DNA of 63,997 nt, filler included, from Licmophora abbreviata (taxonomy: Eukaryota), in assembly GCA_900291995.1 (NCBI GenBank). It is 11 parts of 11 records of this genome, joined end to end, with 100 filler letters (N's around TTAATTAATTAA, not from the genome) between each part and the next. Parts side by side here need not be neighbours in the genome. Positions count along the whole stretch, not along the records: positions 9,250 to 20,198 come from OLMU01004231.1; positions 20,299 to 23,747 come from OLMU01004233.1; positions 23,848 to 27,492 come from OLMU01004234.1; positions 27,593 to 31,777 come from OLMU01004236.1; 7 more parts are not named here. One strand, given 5' to 3'. Made by a program: the position numbers and the translations under genes. The notes below the pieces were generated by a model. It had not been told where the DNA came from and searched no databases. It saw only the letters and a program-made list of their open reading frames with translations. Shown one piece after another: positions 11,978-27,967 of this stretch; positions within the stretch are counted from its first letter, which is position 1, and each line of letters begins with the position of its first letter.

Positions 11978-13078
11978 ATGGCGACGTTGCTCACAACTAC
12001 TCCTGGGATCGTTCTCGCGTTTACTGCAGCCTTACTTGCCGTGGCGTTTCAGAGGGATCTAATCATCCTCCACACAGCTTCAAGTGGTGGTCCTGAGAGG
12101 ATGAATGGAACAACGAGAAAACGCATCGTCCTGACCGGTGCCACTGGCTTCTTGGGCCAACACACCTTGGCACACTTGCTCGCAGAGCTTGATGACTCCT
12201 ATGAGCTCTTTGCCTTGCATAGTGGCAACAGTGGGTCCACCAGATTTCAAGAGGCCGTCCGAAATGTCGAGACATCGTGTACTGTGCACTTTGACTCACT
12301 CGATTTGACAGACTCATCTCGAGCTCAAGAGTGGGTGGCTTCACACACTCCGTTGGATCTATGCCTTCACACGGCTGCCATTTCGAGCCCGAAAGTTTGC
12401 CAGGAAGACACAGAGAAAGCGAAAGCCGTTAATAATCCAATATTTTTCCTGGAGGCGCTCGCCAAACATCAGGTACCGACAGTGGTCTTGTCCAGCGATC
12501 AAGCCTATGATGGTAGCAAGGCAACGCTCTACACGGAGGCAGATTCTGCCAATCCGGTCAATATCTATGGACAAACGAAAGTGGCGCTAGAGGAGACACT
12601 GCAGAGTCTGTTCGCGTCTAAGAATGTTCCCTACGTGGCACTCCGCAGCAGCATCTTATCGGGACCGCACGCGCCTCTCACGACGGCGCATGGGACCTTT
12701 CTGCACTTCATCGCTTCACGAGAAAGCCAAGAGACCACATTCTACACAGATGAGATTCGCAATCTCGTGTCTGTCAGTAATGTTGCAAACGTTCTCTTGT
12801 ATTTTGTGACTCACGGCTTATCAGTCGGCTCGAGTGGAATCTACAACATGGGTGGCAAAGATCGCGCATCCCGATTTGATATGGCAGCAGCTGTTTTTCG
12901 TCATCTCAATTACGACCCGAAATTTCTTATTGCGGCCACCAAGGCTACTATGGCCTCATCAGGGATGGAAAGCCCTCTTGATATCTCGATGGACAGCTCC
13001 AAACTGGAAAAAGTGACTGGCGTCGAATTTTCGGGTCTTGACAAGATCGTAGAAGAGACATTTCCTCTAGAGAACTGA
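11978..13078 (+). CDS. RmlD/MAT2B-like extended SDR (dTDP-4-dehydrorhamnose reductase-like) with N-terminal hydrophobic anchor
   Basis: GATGFLG, SSDQAYDG, PVNIYGQTK (YxxxK), FYTDEIRN, PLDISMDSSK. Confidence 0.8.
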   Translation: MATLLTTTPGIVLAFTAALLAVAFQRDLIILHTASSGGPERMNGTTRKRIVLTGATGFLGQHTLAHLLAELDDSYELFALHSGNSGSTRFQEAVRNVETSCTVHFDSLDLTDSSRAQEWVASHTPLDLCLHTAAISSPKVCQEDTEKAKAVNNPIFFLEALAKHQVPTVVLSSDQAYDGSKATLYTEADSANPVNIYGQTKVALEETLQSLFASKNVPYVALRSSILSGPHAPLTTAHGTFLHFIASRESQETTFYTDEIRNLVSVSNVANVLLYFVTHGLSVGSSGIYNMGGKDRASRFDMAAAVFRHLNYDPKFLIAATKATMASSGMESPLDISMDSSKLEKVTGVEFSGLDKIVEETFPLEN

Positions 13079-13138
13079 GGTGCGATCGACAAAGAAACCA
13101 ATCCAGTAGCTTTTCACACCCTCTCTAGAGTCCATGCA

Positions 13139-14921
13139 TCATCTTCTAGAATCCATACTGTCAAACGCACCGATACCTTTATCGATCCCTCTCCAACTCG
13201 CGGGGAATTCCCTGGCGTAGAATAACTTCTTGACTGGGACATACTCGCGCATTACGTCTTTCATTTGTGGCATGGCATAATAGTACGAGTCAATAACGCC
13301 ATCCTCATATCCCGGAAGCCTCTGCTTGTCAGCATGGTAACCCCTCAAGCGATTGATGTACCCCGTGAACGTCGAGAACCAGCAGCCTACAAACGTTCTT
13401 CCTCGAGATGTAACGAGCTGGTCAAGCATGCCATAGTAATTCGTGTTGAGTCCCTCCACCAAATGCAGAAAGTCATCGAGGAACACCACGTCCCAGTGTT
13501 TCCTGAGCGGTTCAAAGAAAGCCTTATCCCGCTCATCGGTCCCAAGATACACGGTGGCTCCCTCTGGAATCACGTCTCGGGTCATTCGATAGATTTCATC
13601 TGCCTCGATTCGCGTCTTCTTGTATTGAAAGTCGCCTCTTCTGATATGAAACGAGTCAAACTCTCCTTCGATCGACGTCTGACGCTCTCGAGCTCGTTGT
13701 CGGACTGCCTGAACGATGCGAGCCGCGGCACATTGTAGCTCATCAAGGTATCTGATATGATCTCGAACTTGTCTAGATATTGTGAGTCAACAAAGAGGAC
13801 GAGGAGGACAAGTGACACAGCAACATTACGAACCTTTTCATCCACAAGTCAGTTCGCCAATCTTGGAAAAAGAGGAACGCGTAAAAGTGTACAAGCAGTC
13901 GAGCACCAAGCTTCTTGGTACCGTGAAAGTGAATTAATGGAGCCGATTGCATGGTCTGATCGTAAATACAGAGTTCATCTCTGGCAGCCCACATTTCCTT
14001 CATACGATCCAGAGTCGAGCCATCGACTGCGACTGGATGACCCACGAAGTCTCGATAGTCAGGTTTCTTTTGCAAGACAATCTCTTGGAGTCGTTTCAGT
14101 TCGTCGATGTCTGAAGTCGAGTTAGAGGAAGGGAATGCTGCCAGGCACGTTTCCGGGACCCAGTCTGGCATGAGTGCCACAGATCGCAGATAGGGATTGA
14201 GTTCCGATTTTATTTCCACGGACATGCCATTCCAATTGGTGCGATTATGAGGAGGAAACGACGCTTCGCCCGTCTGCTCATCTCGCAATCGACCAGACAG
14301 TCCTTCTTTTTTCAGAAATTCGTCCATACTGACAATCTGAACGCCCTTATGTTCGTTCACGATGCACTCAAAACAAAAGAAGTCCTTAAAACTGAATTCC
14401 TTCTTCTGCTTATTGTTTCCTTTCTGTGTCAACAGGTACATACGCTGTTCGGGAGGCAGCACCAAAGTTCTTCCACTGGCTAATGCCATGGCAATGTTGG
14501 TTTCCATGCTCATGCGAATGTTGTTCCACCCCCCGCCATCGGGCTCAAAAGTCATATACTGCGTTACATCATGGCGATGAAACGGACTATCGAAATGTTC
14601 GTCGGCCGGGTTGTCGCTCCAGTACACCATCTCTTGCGCGACTTCCACAGACGGACCTCCATACGCATCGCAGCTTAAACCGGCCGTGTCACGTTTCCTA
14701 GTCTTATGGGACGAAGGAGCACCCTCGGTAAAGAGCGCCGCTTGATCAGGAAAAGTCACCGTCATTCCGACGTGGCCGTGTAAGAGCGACGCGTTCAGAA
14801 AATTCAGTGCAAGGGTCAGGAAACAGCACACTAGCAACAGTACTAGTATAAGATTTGAACCTTTGCGATCGCGTCGTTTCGGAGCGGGAGCGTTACCCGC
14901 AGACCCAGCCGCCATGGTCAT
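13139..14921 (-). CDS. GDP-fucose O-fucosyltransferase family (O-FucT), type II membrane protein; intron about 13773-13833
   Basis: [70 protein letters not shown]. Confidence 0.85.
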
Positions 14922-15236
14922 TGATGTTTCACCCCGTGTTTGAAAAAAGTAAGTGACGGCATGAAGGTTTCGTGTATTATCATCTACGAGATCACTAAGA
15001 TTCCCGATTCCGTATCGTTATGTCAGGCAGGCTAGAGGAAACTGGAGTAGATGCAGAGTGATGAAGATGCGTTGAGCTAGACCTAGCTGTACTTGTATGG
15101 CACTTAGGAGTTACGTTAGCGAGCTGAATTGCCTCGCCGATGCCAAGGGCACCAGGTGCTTGTCGACATCGTGCCCTTGTGGCTGTGACCACGATCTCCT
15201 CGTAACTCAACGAACTGGATCAAAGTGTTACGTGTT

Positions 15237-17274
15237 TCACTGACGAATTTCCTTCAAAGCGAGGTAGACATCTTCCAGCGTTATCAATAAGCTGTCGGTT
15301 CCCCCGCAGTCCGATCGCACTCGAGACAATGCCAAGGAGCCAGCACAACGGACCAGCCCAGCAAGATCGGCCCCGCTGAAGCCACCAGTCCATCGATCTG
15401 CCGCGAGATCTTGAATTCTCGTCTTCACTCCGAACGAGTCTGCCGATGCTGCTCCTATACGCCTTCGCAGCGAAGGTACGGAGAGGCTTTCGACGCTGAT
15501 CCCATCAATTGCAAGGCATAGAGGCTTGCTCAGCCTTCCTCTTCGACGCAACGCCTCAAAGTGAATCTGAAGAATCTCACGCCGCCCATTTCCATCAGGC
15601 AACGGTATCTTGACCTGGACTTCTAATCTCCCAGGACGAAGTAGCGCCTCATCCAAAAGTTCCTTTCGATTTGTCATTCCGATCAACAGCACATTTTCCA
15701 AGGCATTCACCCCATCGAGCTTTGAGAGAATCTGATTCACAGCAGAGGCACGCGTCGCTTCGCCGCTGTCTTCCGATGCACCTCGCTTGCGAAAGACCGC
15801 ATCAATTTCGTCAATAACAACTACATGAAGAGCGGACATGGAGACATCACCGTTGCATAGGCGCATTTCCGCTTCAGCATCTTGGAACAACTCACGAACG
15901 AGCTTCTCACTCCCACCTACCCATCGATCCAAAAGCTCGGGAGCGGCAACAATCTTGGGAGGGCGCGCATCGAGACATCGAGACAGTTCACGTGCGAGGG
16001 CGGTCTTTCCACAGCCGGGTGGGCCGTACAAGAGAAGACCCCTCACAGGTTTGAGCCCCATTTCCGCGAGAGCCTGAGCCTCCAGGATCCTTTCCTTGCG
16101 CATATCTGCGGCAGTGTCAATCTCCCGGAGCGGTCGTAGGACGCGCCCATCCATGACACGTCGAACAATAGCTTCAATTTGAGGCTGTAGGCCCCCAACG
16201 CTGGAGGCGAACGTCCTCTCCCAATACTGATTCGGATCTTCGGTAAGCCCCATTTCAGAAGCGCCGTTCTCAACAGATGATTGGGAGTCCGGGTCCTCCA
16301 CGTCTGCTTCAGAGTAGTAGGTGAACATAGAATGCCAATCCCAAGTTATGCGACCCACAGCCATATCGTCGTCATCACGCGATACAATCAGTGGCAATGG
16401 CATGCCCCTGGGAGTCACAATGGTCTCCAGTACTGCACAGGAACCAACATCCATAGCTTCGAAATTCCGCTCCGGTCCTCCATACTGCAGCCAAGATGGC
16501 AGACCAGGTTCATAGACTAGACTCCGCTCTCCTGCTCGACGCTTGGTGGTCGCCCCTATCAGTCGGTACCTTCGTACGCCGCCATACAAGAGCTTACCAT
16601 ATGCCATGGCACCAGGGGGTGTACGAAGTGGGTTCTGCAACCCTGACCCCGATGGAAGCAGCATGATGCGACACGATATGCGCTCCAAAAAGTCTTTTCT
16701 CGGGCTGTCAATGAGCTGCAGCGACTTATCGTCGAGTGTGCGATTCACAGCTTCTCGTAGTTCAGTCGAGAGCTCTAGAATAATGGGACTCGGACACGCC
16801 TTCATCCATCGTATCCAGCGATGCGACTCATCCCTCTGCTCCAAGAGTTGTGAGTTTCCCTGATCTGGATCGGACGGTACCGCCAGTTCCATCTTGTCGA
16901 TGCAGCGCTGGAGACGAAATGCCGACTCTTCGTCGACCCAGCCAGTCCAGCCTGTGCTGGCCCCGTCGTTGGATTTATTTCGCTTCAAGTCACTCTGAAC
17001 TAAACATCGAGCAACATTCCCCGCTAATATGTCAAACATGGGCACATCTTGGTGCACTTGATCGGCGTCTTGCGAAGTCTCGACCGACGCGGAGGGGACT
17101 GTCTCGATCTGCAGCGGCATCCCAGATTTCGATTGTCTAGTCAGGGGGAGACACCAGAAACGCAGATGATTCGCTCCCAAGCAAATGGAATAAGAGAAAA
17201 AGGCTCTCGAACAGAATAGAACGATAGAGCTTAGACACAGATATAACTGGACGCTGGTGATGGTTTCTTCTCAT
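15237..17274 (-). CDS. Single-domain NSF/Sec18-D1-like AAA+ ATPase with bipartite plastid presequence; +1 indel at 17144-17148
   Basis: [50 protein letters not shown]; upstream ATG 17274 gives a hydrophobic signal plus SSA-FLV that joins the ORF if one C is removed. Confidence 0.8.
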
Positions 17275-17777
17275 CGTACCGGTGAAGCAGCAGAGGAAGC
17301 GCGGCTTCAGGCACTTGCTCTCACTACTTCAGCATCGAAAAAGGCAAGCAATGACAGCAGAAACCCAAAAGCAGTGGGCTGGTGTTAACATACTGGAAGG
17401 ATTGTGGCTCGGAGGCTACGGCTCCCACCATCTCCCATTCTCTCATCCACAGTGTTGTCCGCATGGTCGCGTCGTGTCACAAGAACTCTTCTTGTCAATG
17501 AACTTCCAACGCGCGCGCGCGGTGCATGAGGAGCCATCATGGAATCTTGAAATCTTCCTGAGCAGGAATCAGCACCTTCTACGTAGCGCTGTACCAGATC
17601 CTACGTAATCTTCGCATGAAGTCGAAGGAATTCCTTCGAACAGAGGTGCCTTTCCTGCTCATTTCGCAAATCTCGCCTCACTTTTTCGATTGTTACCGAA
17701 AAGTGGAGAAGCGGAACGACACGGTGTCCGGTGACTCACATTGTTGTTACCCCCCACTGAACCTCGCCTACAACATC

Positions 17778-18266
17778 ATGATCCAGCACTTGGGGAAAGT
17801 CACTGTGCTACTCTGCATGTTAGGTGTCTCCGCATACGCGCCCTCGTCGCCAACAACAAAACCCAACCTGCCCTTTGGAATCGAAACGCCGTCCAAGCAA
17901 GCAACGAGAAACAGTAAGGCAAGCTATGACCTAGGATTGGGAAAGAATGATCCGATACTACCTGGAGAGCATCTGCAGACGGATGGACCTGCGAATGACA
18001 AGCAGGCTGCACAGTTCTGGATGGCGCCGCGGCCCGCAGCGCAGTACCCATCACCCCTCGAGGCAAAGGAATCATTACGTAAAGTCTCTGCGCCATCGAA
18101 GCAGTCGCTAGTGCCGGTTCGACTTGCCGAAGATGCACTGAGAATCTACACGGACTCATATTCAGAGCACACAGTCATCTCGCCAGTATCTACCGGTCAG
18201 CAACTGGACCTAAACACAATCTGGGTGGAGGCGCTCATCCATCACCAGCAAATTCAAATGGGATGA
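17778..18266 (+). CDS. Hypothetical protein, probably plastid-targeted
   Basis: MIQHLGKVTVLLCMLGVSA-YAP signal/ASAFAP-like motif; YDLGLGKN and LDLNTIWVEALIH blocks. Confidence 0.6.
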   Translation: MIQHLGKVTVLLCMLGVSAYAPSSPTTKPNLPFGIETPSKQATRNSKASYDLGLGKNDPILPGEHLQTDGPANDKQAAQFWMAPRPAAQYPSPLEAKESLRKVSAPSKQSLVPVRLAEDALRIYTDSYSEHTVISPVSTGQQLDLNTIWVEALIHHQQIQMG

Positions 18267-18342
18267 TCAATCTACTCTAAGCTCGTTACACGTACGACAA
18301 CCAGAATTTGACAATAACAACTAGACTGTTTGCTATGAGTGC

Positions 18343-19925
18343 TCATGGTGTCGTGTCCATCTTTTCGACGGCCAACTCATCCGTGCTAGTCTCCTCCAAT
18401 TCCTTTTGGGATTCGCCTGACAGTCCATTGTCCTTTGTCGCCGTTTTGCCACGATACGACAAACTTGCCGCGAACCAAGCATTAGGATGATTACCCACAT
18501 TATCAAGAGACACATCGCTCATCAATTTGGCCTGCGGATGCATCACTTCGAAGTGACGTTGACAGGCCACTTGATATTGCTTCTTTCGAGCCTTGTCCAT
18601 AATGTCTTTACGCTCCACGCTAGTACCAATCTGTAGTTTCGAGAGCAGACTTCCAAGATGCGCATCATCATAGTGACGGTACGGACATCCGTGATGCTCT
18701 CCCCCTTGCGGTGATTGCCCCATGATGATCTTCGTGCAATTGTAGGGAGTATACGACGCACGCTTACCCTCCTTACCGTACATGTGCCGGACGTTGTACG
18801 CGTACTGCTTGTGAAAGGCCTCTGGTGATACCATCTTTGAAAAGGCGCGTTGGAAAAATAAGAGCGACTCTTCCATGCTCATGCCAGCGCCCTTCAAGAA
18901 CAAGCCATACTGAAGTCGACCCCAATGCTTCAGTTTGGAATCTTGGACGAGCCCCGCGTGGAGCTGCGACATGCACAGGGGCATGCTCGACACGAGATTG
19001 TGCAAGTTCGAAGCAGTAACTTCGTGTTCTCCATTCTGTAGATTGGCATCGTCATAGCGATTCTTGCCCGTGTACTGCTGGTGCATGGTCTTCAAGAGTG
19101 GTTCGATGCGCCCTCCCTCAGAGACATTTCCAAATGCCTGGGCGGCAAACGTGAGACTCTTGGATAGTCCCATACGAAAGCGAGCCAACAAGATTGACAG
19201 AACCTTGTTGAGAGGCACGTACGCCATGCCTCGCTTGACAAAGCAGCTGCGGGACGCCACGAGATCGATCGCCTGGGCAAAGGGAATCTTGTAGTAGGCA
19301 CTCGACGCGAATTCGCCAATGGTCATTCCAGGCAAGGTCAGAAGCTGTTCTCGAAGATGATCCTTTTCTTCGCTCGACACAGGCTGCAGCTGGAAGCGTC
19401 GGCAAAAGGCTTGGACTTGCGATTCGGGTAAACTTTCAAGACGAAACTTGGCGAGATGACACTCTTGCGTCAAGAACCAACGACGGTGATCTTCCGTCTG
19501 ACAGTAGGCGGCTCGCAGAATGAAATGGGAAGCTATGTCAGTCTTGGTGTCATTCAAATTGGATTTGACAGTCTCTTCGAGTTGCTGACGATAGGCGCTT
19601 CCGGTGATGTTGCGAACCTTGAGCTCCTCAATTTTGCGGAGGACCTTGGTTGGTTGAAAAGGGCAAGGTGTTACAAGGTGCGTATGCAGGAAAGCTTGTT
19701 AGATTCAATACTATGAGGCAACCTCCACCAAAGTTACTTTCAGTGACGTCTTACCTTCAGACGAGCAAGTGCAAACTCCTCAAAATCGTCAAGGGAGAGC
19801 TCAAAATTCGGCACGTCACTGTAAAAGTCGACCTGTGGCGTGCCACTGCTGCCACTTCCGGAAAGGCTACTGCGACCGCCGCTGCGAGGTGTTCGCGTCG
19901 ATTGACGGCTCTGAACGACGTTCAT
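18343..19925 (-). CDS. PRI2: DNA primase large subunit; intron 19645-19754
   Basis: LDDFEEFALARLK|VLR, DIASHFILRAAYC, MPLCM, LKHWGRLQYGLFLKGAG, YNVRHMYGKEG, HHGCPY, HPNAWF. Confidence 0.95.
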
Positions 19926-20298
19926 GGCTTATTTGAGTAAATCAGGGTAGATTCACAGCAGGAATGACGAGATAGCAGTAGACACGGACACCAACAAGGA
20001 GACCAAAGACGCTTGCTGTGCAGAGAGTGCTGGGTGAGCTGCGGTTTTTGCGTGTGTTTGATTTTGAAGACGCGCAATTTGCAATTTGGATTTGGACTGC
20101 GAGCTCAAAATTCGCGAAAAAAGATGGCGCGCTTCGAATTTGAGTCGAGCGACTCGATTCATTCCTCTTGACTTCCGCGCATGCTTGAAGCTATCGCGNN
20201 NNNNNNNNNNNNNNNNNNNNNNNNNNNNNNNNNNNNNNNNNNTTAATTAATTAANNNNNNNNNNNNNNNNNNNNNNNNNNNNNNNNNNNNNNNNNNNN

Positions 20299-22787
<2,489 letters not shown>

Positions 22788-23189
22788 GATGAACTTTGTA
22801 TGCTGCTGCTGCTAAAGTAGATAATGAGAATGGCCACAAGACACACGCACTGCCTCGCTCTCGCATTGTTGTTGTCGTCGTCGGAGGAAGGTCCAAGACC
22901 TCTCTTGCCTTTCGTACAATTCTACACAGTTTCAGTACCAGAGAAGGACATCGAAGCCCAAGGATCTCGCGTTGAGTCGAAGGATTCGATCCATTCGACT
23001 GACTCCAAACGCGTCTGTCCGGCGCTCCGCCGAACTCACCCGTCGCGTCTTTTCCAAACAGTTTCATCCTGCGCAGTATGATATCACCATGAGGATTCGA
23101 TTCAGTTCCTTGTTTGCATCACACACATAACACAACACAGCTTGTCATCCACTATTCAGTACCACGTTATATATAGATAAGCATTCCTT

Positions 23190-25392
23190 ATGTTTCGCCC
23201 TCCTTCCAAGAAACGAAAGAGGCCACGCGTGGTGGTCACAACAACAAGAGACGACGACGACGAGTCTCCCGACGAAACGACCGTCGTGACGAAACAACAC
23301 AAAAAGAAGAAGAAAGCAAGTGTCGTCATTCGTTCGTTTCAAGACGAACATGACGGGAAAGTGAAGAAGAAACGCAAGGGAAGAGGCGCGATGGGATACG
23401 GTGGCTTCACGGCTCATTCCACTCTGAATAATAACAACGACGAGCATCGCAACAAGAATGCCATCATTGACAGTAGTCATCATTACGAATCGAACGAACC
23501 GTCCATGTATGGGAAAGATGCACTGGAACGACTCAAGTCGGAACAGCGATTCAAAAAAGAGCCAAAAGTCGACATTTCTGTATCCGATACTGCGGGTGAC
23601 AACATGAACCAGAGCAGCCAAGACGAGGCGACTAGCACGAACGGCGACGCCCTTGGCGCGTTTGTACCGCTCCGGAAAAACGTGATTCTGACCGGGGAAG
23701 AGGCAGCCAAGATGGAAGAGCTGCAGGAATCGTCCGCTGTGGACAACNNNNNNNNNNNNNNNNNNNNNNNNNNNNNNNNNNNNNNNNNNNNTTAATTAAT
23801 TAANNNNNNNNNNNNNNNNNNNNNNNNNNNNNNNNNNNNNNNNNNNNGACAACACCGTGACGGGCACGATCACATCACTCGTGGATCCGACAGAAGACGC
23901 CTGGGAGCTCAAGTGGCACGGCGTGCTAGGAGTAGTGTCCTCCTCCACTACTACTGCTACTACAACTAGTACCAGCAGTTTATCCGGACTGCGACAGCAG
24001 GTCCAATCGACACTGACTCAGTTGCACCATCAGCGAGACGATCTACAGAGTGCCCGCGCTCGTCGGCAGGTCGAGGTGCAGCAACAAGAATCGGAACACG
24101 CGCGGCATCAAGCGGAGTTGAACGACGCGGGGACGGCGTTGGAGTTTTATCAGTCGCTTCGTTCTGACTTGGCATTGTGGGTAGGTGCCCTGCGGGAGTT
24201 GCAAACTAGGGTAACGCCTCTGCAGCAGGCGCTGCGGGAACTGAAGCAAGACACGTCGACTGTGCAGCGGTGGAGACAGCAGCAAGATGATGTGGTGGGG
24301 ATCCTGCGAGAAGCGCAAGTCCTGGACCGTGTCTTGGGACGGCAGCCGGAAACGATTCAAGAGTCGGTTGTCACCGTCGATGAGTTTGGTCGTGATGTCA
24401 AGTCGAGGCATGCACTGGAGAGGGAAACGCGGGCGCGTCAGCGGCGCCGTATTCGGGAACAGAGAGCTGGTGGGAAGGAAACGGATTCCGATGCGCTCGT
24501 GAGTCAGGGAGAAGAAGAACAAGCTCGAGAGCGTCAGACGGCATTGCGAGAGGCGCTGCACGTTGCCATGAATGAGCTGGATGACGAATACACTGACCTG
24601 TCAAATCTTATTGCAGTATTCGACAAATGGGCTCGAACGTATACTGAAGAATACCAGCAGTGCTTTGCTAACATGAGTCTGGCAGATCTGGCCAACGTCC
24701 TCGTGCAGGTTGACTTGTGCTCCAAGTACCACCCCCTGCATTGGCTTGACGATCAAAAACAGGAAGTCAACCTCCCTTGGATGGACGCCTTAAAGTCTAT
24801 GGCTACTGGAAATAGCAAGGAAGAAGAGACTCCACTTTATCGCGTCGTGGAAATGATCCTAATTCCGTCGGTTGTCGAACTGTTGGACGAAGGTGCATAC
24901 GACATTCTTTCATCGAAACAGTCACGCTCTTTGGCTGCGTTTCTCCATCAGCTGTCTTGCGTCTTTCCGAAGGACCACCCCCTCGCGGCCAAGATGAAGG
25001 AACGAATTTCAAACTTTGTTCAATCATCACTTGAGAGCATTTCCCTTCCAATCCTCCTTCCTGGCGCGTTGGCTCGCGAACAAACCGAGGAAGATCTCAA
25101 AGAGGCCACTGAGTACTCTACAACGGGCCAGCTTTTTCGCCTTGAGAAGTGCCTGACCAACCTGCTGAAGTACTGGGTGTCGCTGGAGGCTGTTGCAGCA
25201 CCGATTCTGGACTTCATGTCCTCCAAGTACCTCTTCTTGCTTTCCTCATTAAAGCGCGAATTGGCTGGACCTGCATTTCGCGGAGTGTGGAAGGAGCTTC
25301 AACCGACGGGGTGGCTAGATAGGCCTGATCTTTTCGTGTCCGCTGCTCCGATTCGAGCGGCGGCAAGTGTCTATGCTCCATCCTTGGAATAA
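23190..25392 (+). CDS. GC-rich sequence DNA-binding factor-like (GCFC/PAXBP1/ILP1-type) protein, split by a gap
   Basis: Basic N-terminus, YGKDALERLKSEQ, coiled coils, VDEFGRDV, FDKWARTYTEEYQQCF. Confidence 0.65.
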
Positions 25393-25461
25393 AGAAGAGT
25401 ACCAGTAGTGCATCCACAACCACAACCAGAGATCACTTATAAGTTGACTTAATCCATCAAT

Positions 25462-27492
25462 TCACATACTGGGGCTCGAATGAAACACTAGTGGGGTCGT
25501 TTCTTCCGGGAGTCTGCCGTGCGTTGCCGTAAAACCAGATTGGATTCGGTGATCAATCACATCCATACAGCCTGGCCACACGTCTCGCCAGGCAGCCCTC
25601 ATTTCCGCACTCAACTCCGGATGATTCTTCTCGAATTCGAAGGGGCTCCCCGCAAAACATACAATGACAGCGTTCACCGAGCTACTAATAATACCGAAAA
25701 GAACACTTGTGATCACAACTCCCATATAACATCCAATCCTGACCAATTACGAACAAGCCAATGAACCTTGTGAGATGAAATGGCTACCAGTAGTCCATAC
25801 AAGCACACGTTTCAAAGACTCACATGAAGGAAGAAACGAACGGCCGATCAAGCGTAGAGAAGTCCAGAGCGTCAAGCGACTCTATCACCGTTCCGAAAAC
25901 ACCCGTCAGTCCGCCGATGACGAGACTGGCCATCAGAAGCACATTCGGTACAAGGTCATCAGTCACAATCGTTGTCCACCCACGCTTCTGGAACAATGCC
26001 GTCGCGCTGTGACCGGCCTCGAGAAGGCCGTAGCCGTAGAGACCAACGTACGTCAAAGCCCACGGGTTGAACCGATCCGATAGAGCATCAACACAGCCTG
26101 CAATACAATTCTGAACACAGCTCAAGCATTCATGTAGACAAAGGAGGACTCCCTCTTCTTGACTCGGTCGAAAGAAGGCAGACAACAACTGGCGGACCAG
26201 ACGAACCGGACCGACGAAAAGACTTCCAAAGCAAATTGTGCCGAACTCGAAAAAGATGGCATGCAAGAAAGCCGTTCGTACGGTCTCGTCACAGAAAGAA
26301 GAGCTCCTGTCCGGTTTAAACCACCAGCTGCCAATTGTACTAGCAACCGTCACTTGTACCACATTCTGCTCAGAACGGCACGCAGTGAAGACATGGCGTT
26401 CGTTAATAATGAGATGCCATTTGGAAATTCGACTTCCAACAAAAACAAAGAAAAGACTTACCAGCAAAACCTGGAATGTCCAATAGTACGAAATCGCGAG
26501 ACCTACATACACAGCCTTCGTCATGCCATCTGAAAGTACCAGATCTTCGTTTTCCACGGCATCGTACACACCGATCACGACAAAGGTATAGTAAATACTC
26601 CATATCAATGCCAGAAACTGGAAGCCAAAGGCAACTAGTACCGTCCCGGTATTTTCTCGAATGCCATTCAGTGCCGCGTGTAGATTGGCAGACGCAAAAG
26701 GAATCCGATCCCACACGACGAATGTGTACCCCACGGAAAGCATCAGTGCTATGACACCGGTAATGGGAACAAAGTTTCGAGGACTCAGGCCTATCCCAAT
26801 CGTTCCCCATGCGAACGACATGGCAATCGTCATGAACAAGGCGACTTGCACCATACGACGTGCAATGATGCTCATGATGCTTACCGCCAATGTCGACACG
26901 CCCACTGCAAAGAATCCACAAAGAGACGCCAAAAATATAACATTGCGATACCACACATTGACAGTCTCTTGATTTGCCGTTCTGTACGTCATGATGGCAT
27001 CGCGACTGTACGTACTTCCCAAGTACATGATTCCGATCCAGTGAAAGACAAAGAGCAATGCAAAAAACACATTCCGACAACGCGGAGGCTGAACTTCGCC
27101 TTTGATTTCCGCCATGAAGAGTTGTGCCGAGTTCTGACGCATATGCCTTTTACGTCCTGACGATGCCGCCGACCGCCCCGAAGATCGATTGTGACGACGG
27201 TTGGATTGAAACGCGCGTTCACCCGCAAAATCCCCACTGCTGCGCAAACTATCGTCCAGGGCAAAGAGCGGTGGCTGCTGCATATAGCCACGTGGAGACG
27301 CCATGACTCCGTTGCGATCCACTCTGGGCGAGAAGGAAACGGCAAGTTCGCTTTGACTGCGACCGTAACCCGAACGGAGATTACTTGGTGACATGCGAGG
27401 TGACGATACTCGTGGCGATCTGCTGCCGGTGGATGGGGGATATCCCGAGCGGGGAGAGGATGGAGAAAAGCCAGAGGTCAAGTGGCGCAACT
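25462..27492 (-). CDS. Choline transporter-like (CTL/SLC44/Pns1) protein, multi-exon, 5' end at gap
   Basis: RCRNVFFALLF, WDRIPFASANL, SYYWTFQVL, FGTICFGSL, FNPWALTYVGLYGY, SSSVNAVIVCFA. Confidence 0.85.
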
Positions 27493-27967
27493 NNNNNNNN
27501 NNNNNNNNNNNNNNNNNNNNNNNNNNNNNNNNNNNNTTAATTAATTAANNNNNNNNNNNNNNNNNNNNNNNNNNNNNNNNNNNNNNNNNNNNCACAATGC
27601 ACGACTCATCCCGAAACCTACGAGCGCCACGTGGTTTTCTACGTGGAACAGGTGTGTCTTCCAAAGAATTCTGAGTGCCTCTCTCTAACTGATCGTCATC
27701 GATGTGACGCCGTAGAACTAGTAGGGAAGTCTACTCAAAACCGATTTGTTGTAGACGGTCACAAAGAACGCCCGAGCCGAGTTCGGTTCCTTCCTGACAC
27801 ATTCTCTCTTGACACACACCTTGAAAGCCAGCGCAGGAGTTCTTTTACACTACCTCACACAAACACATCAACATCGTCATCACAATCATCAGCAGACGCA
27901 ACGCGAACACAGCAATCTACTTCTTTTCATTATTTTTCTCCAGCAGCAACAACAAACCACAACAATC

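Noticed and set aside
13582..13845. Apparent frameshift in the first O-FucT
   Set aside because: Explained by a ~61-nt intron; the HIRRGDFQY exon is in frame with the terminal ORF
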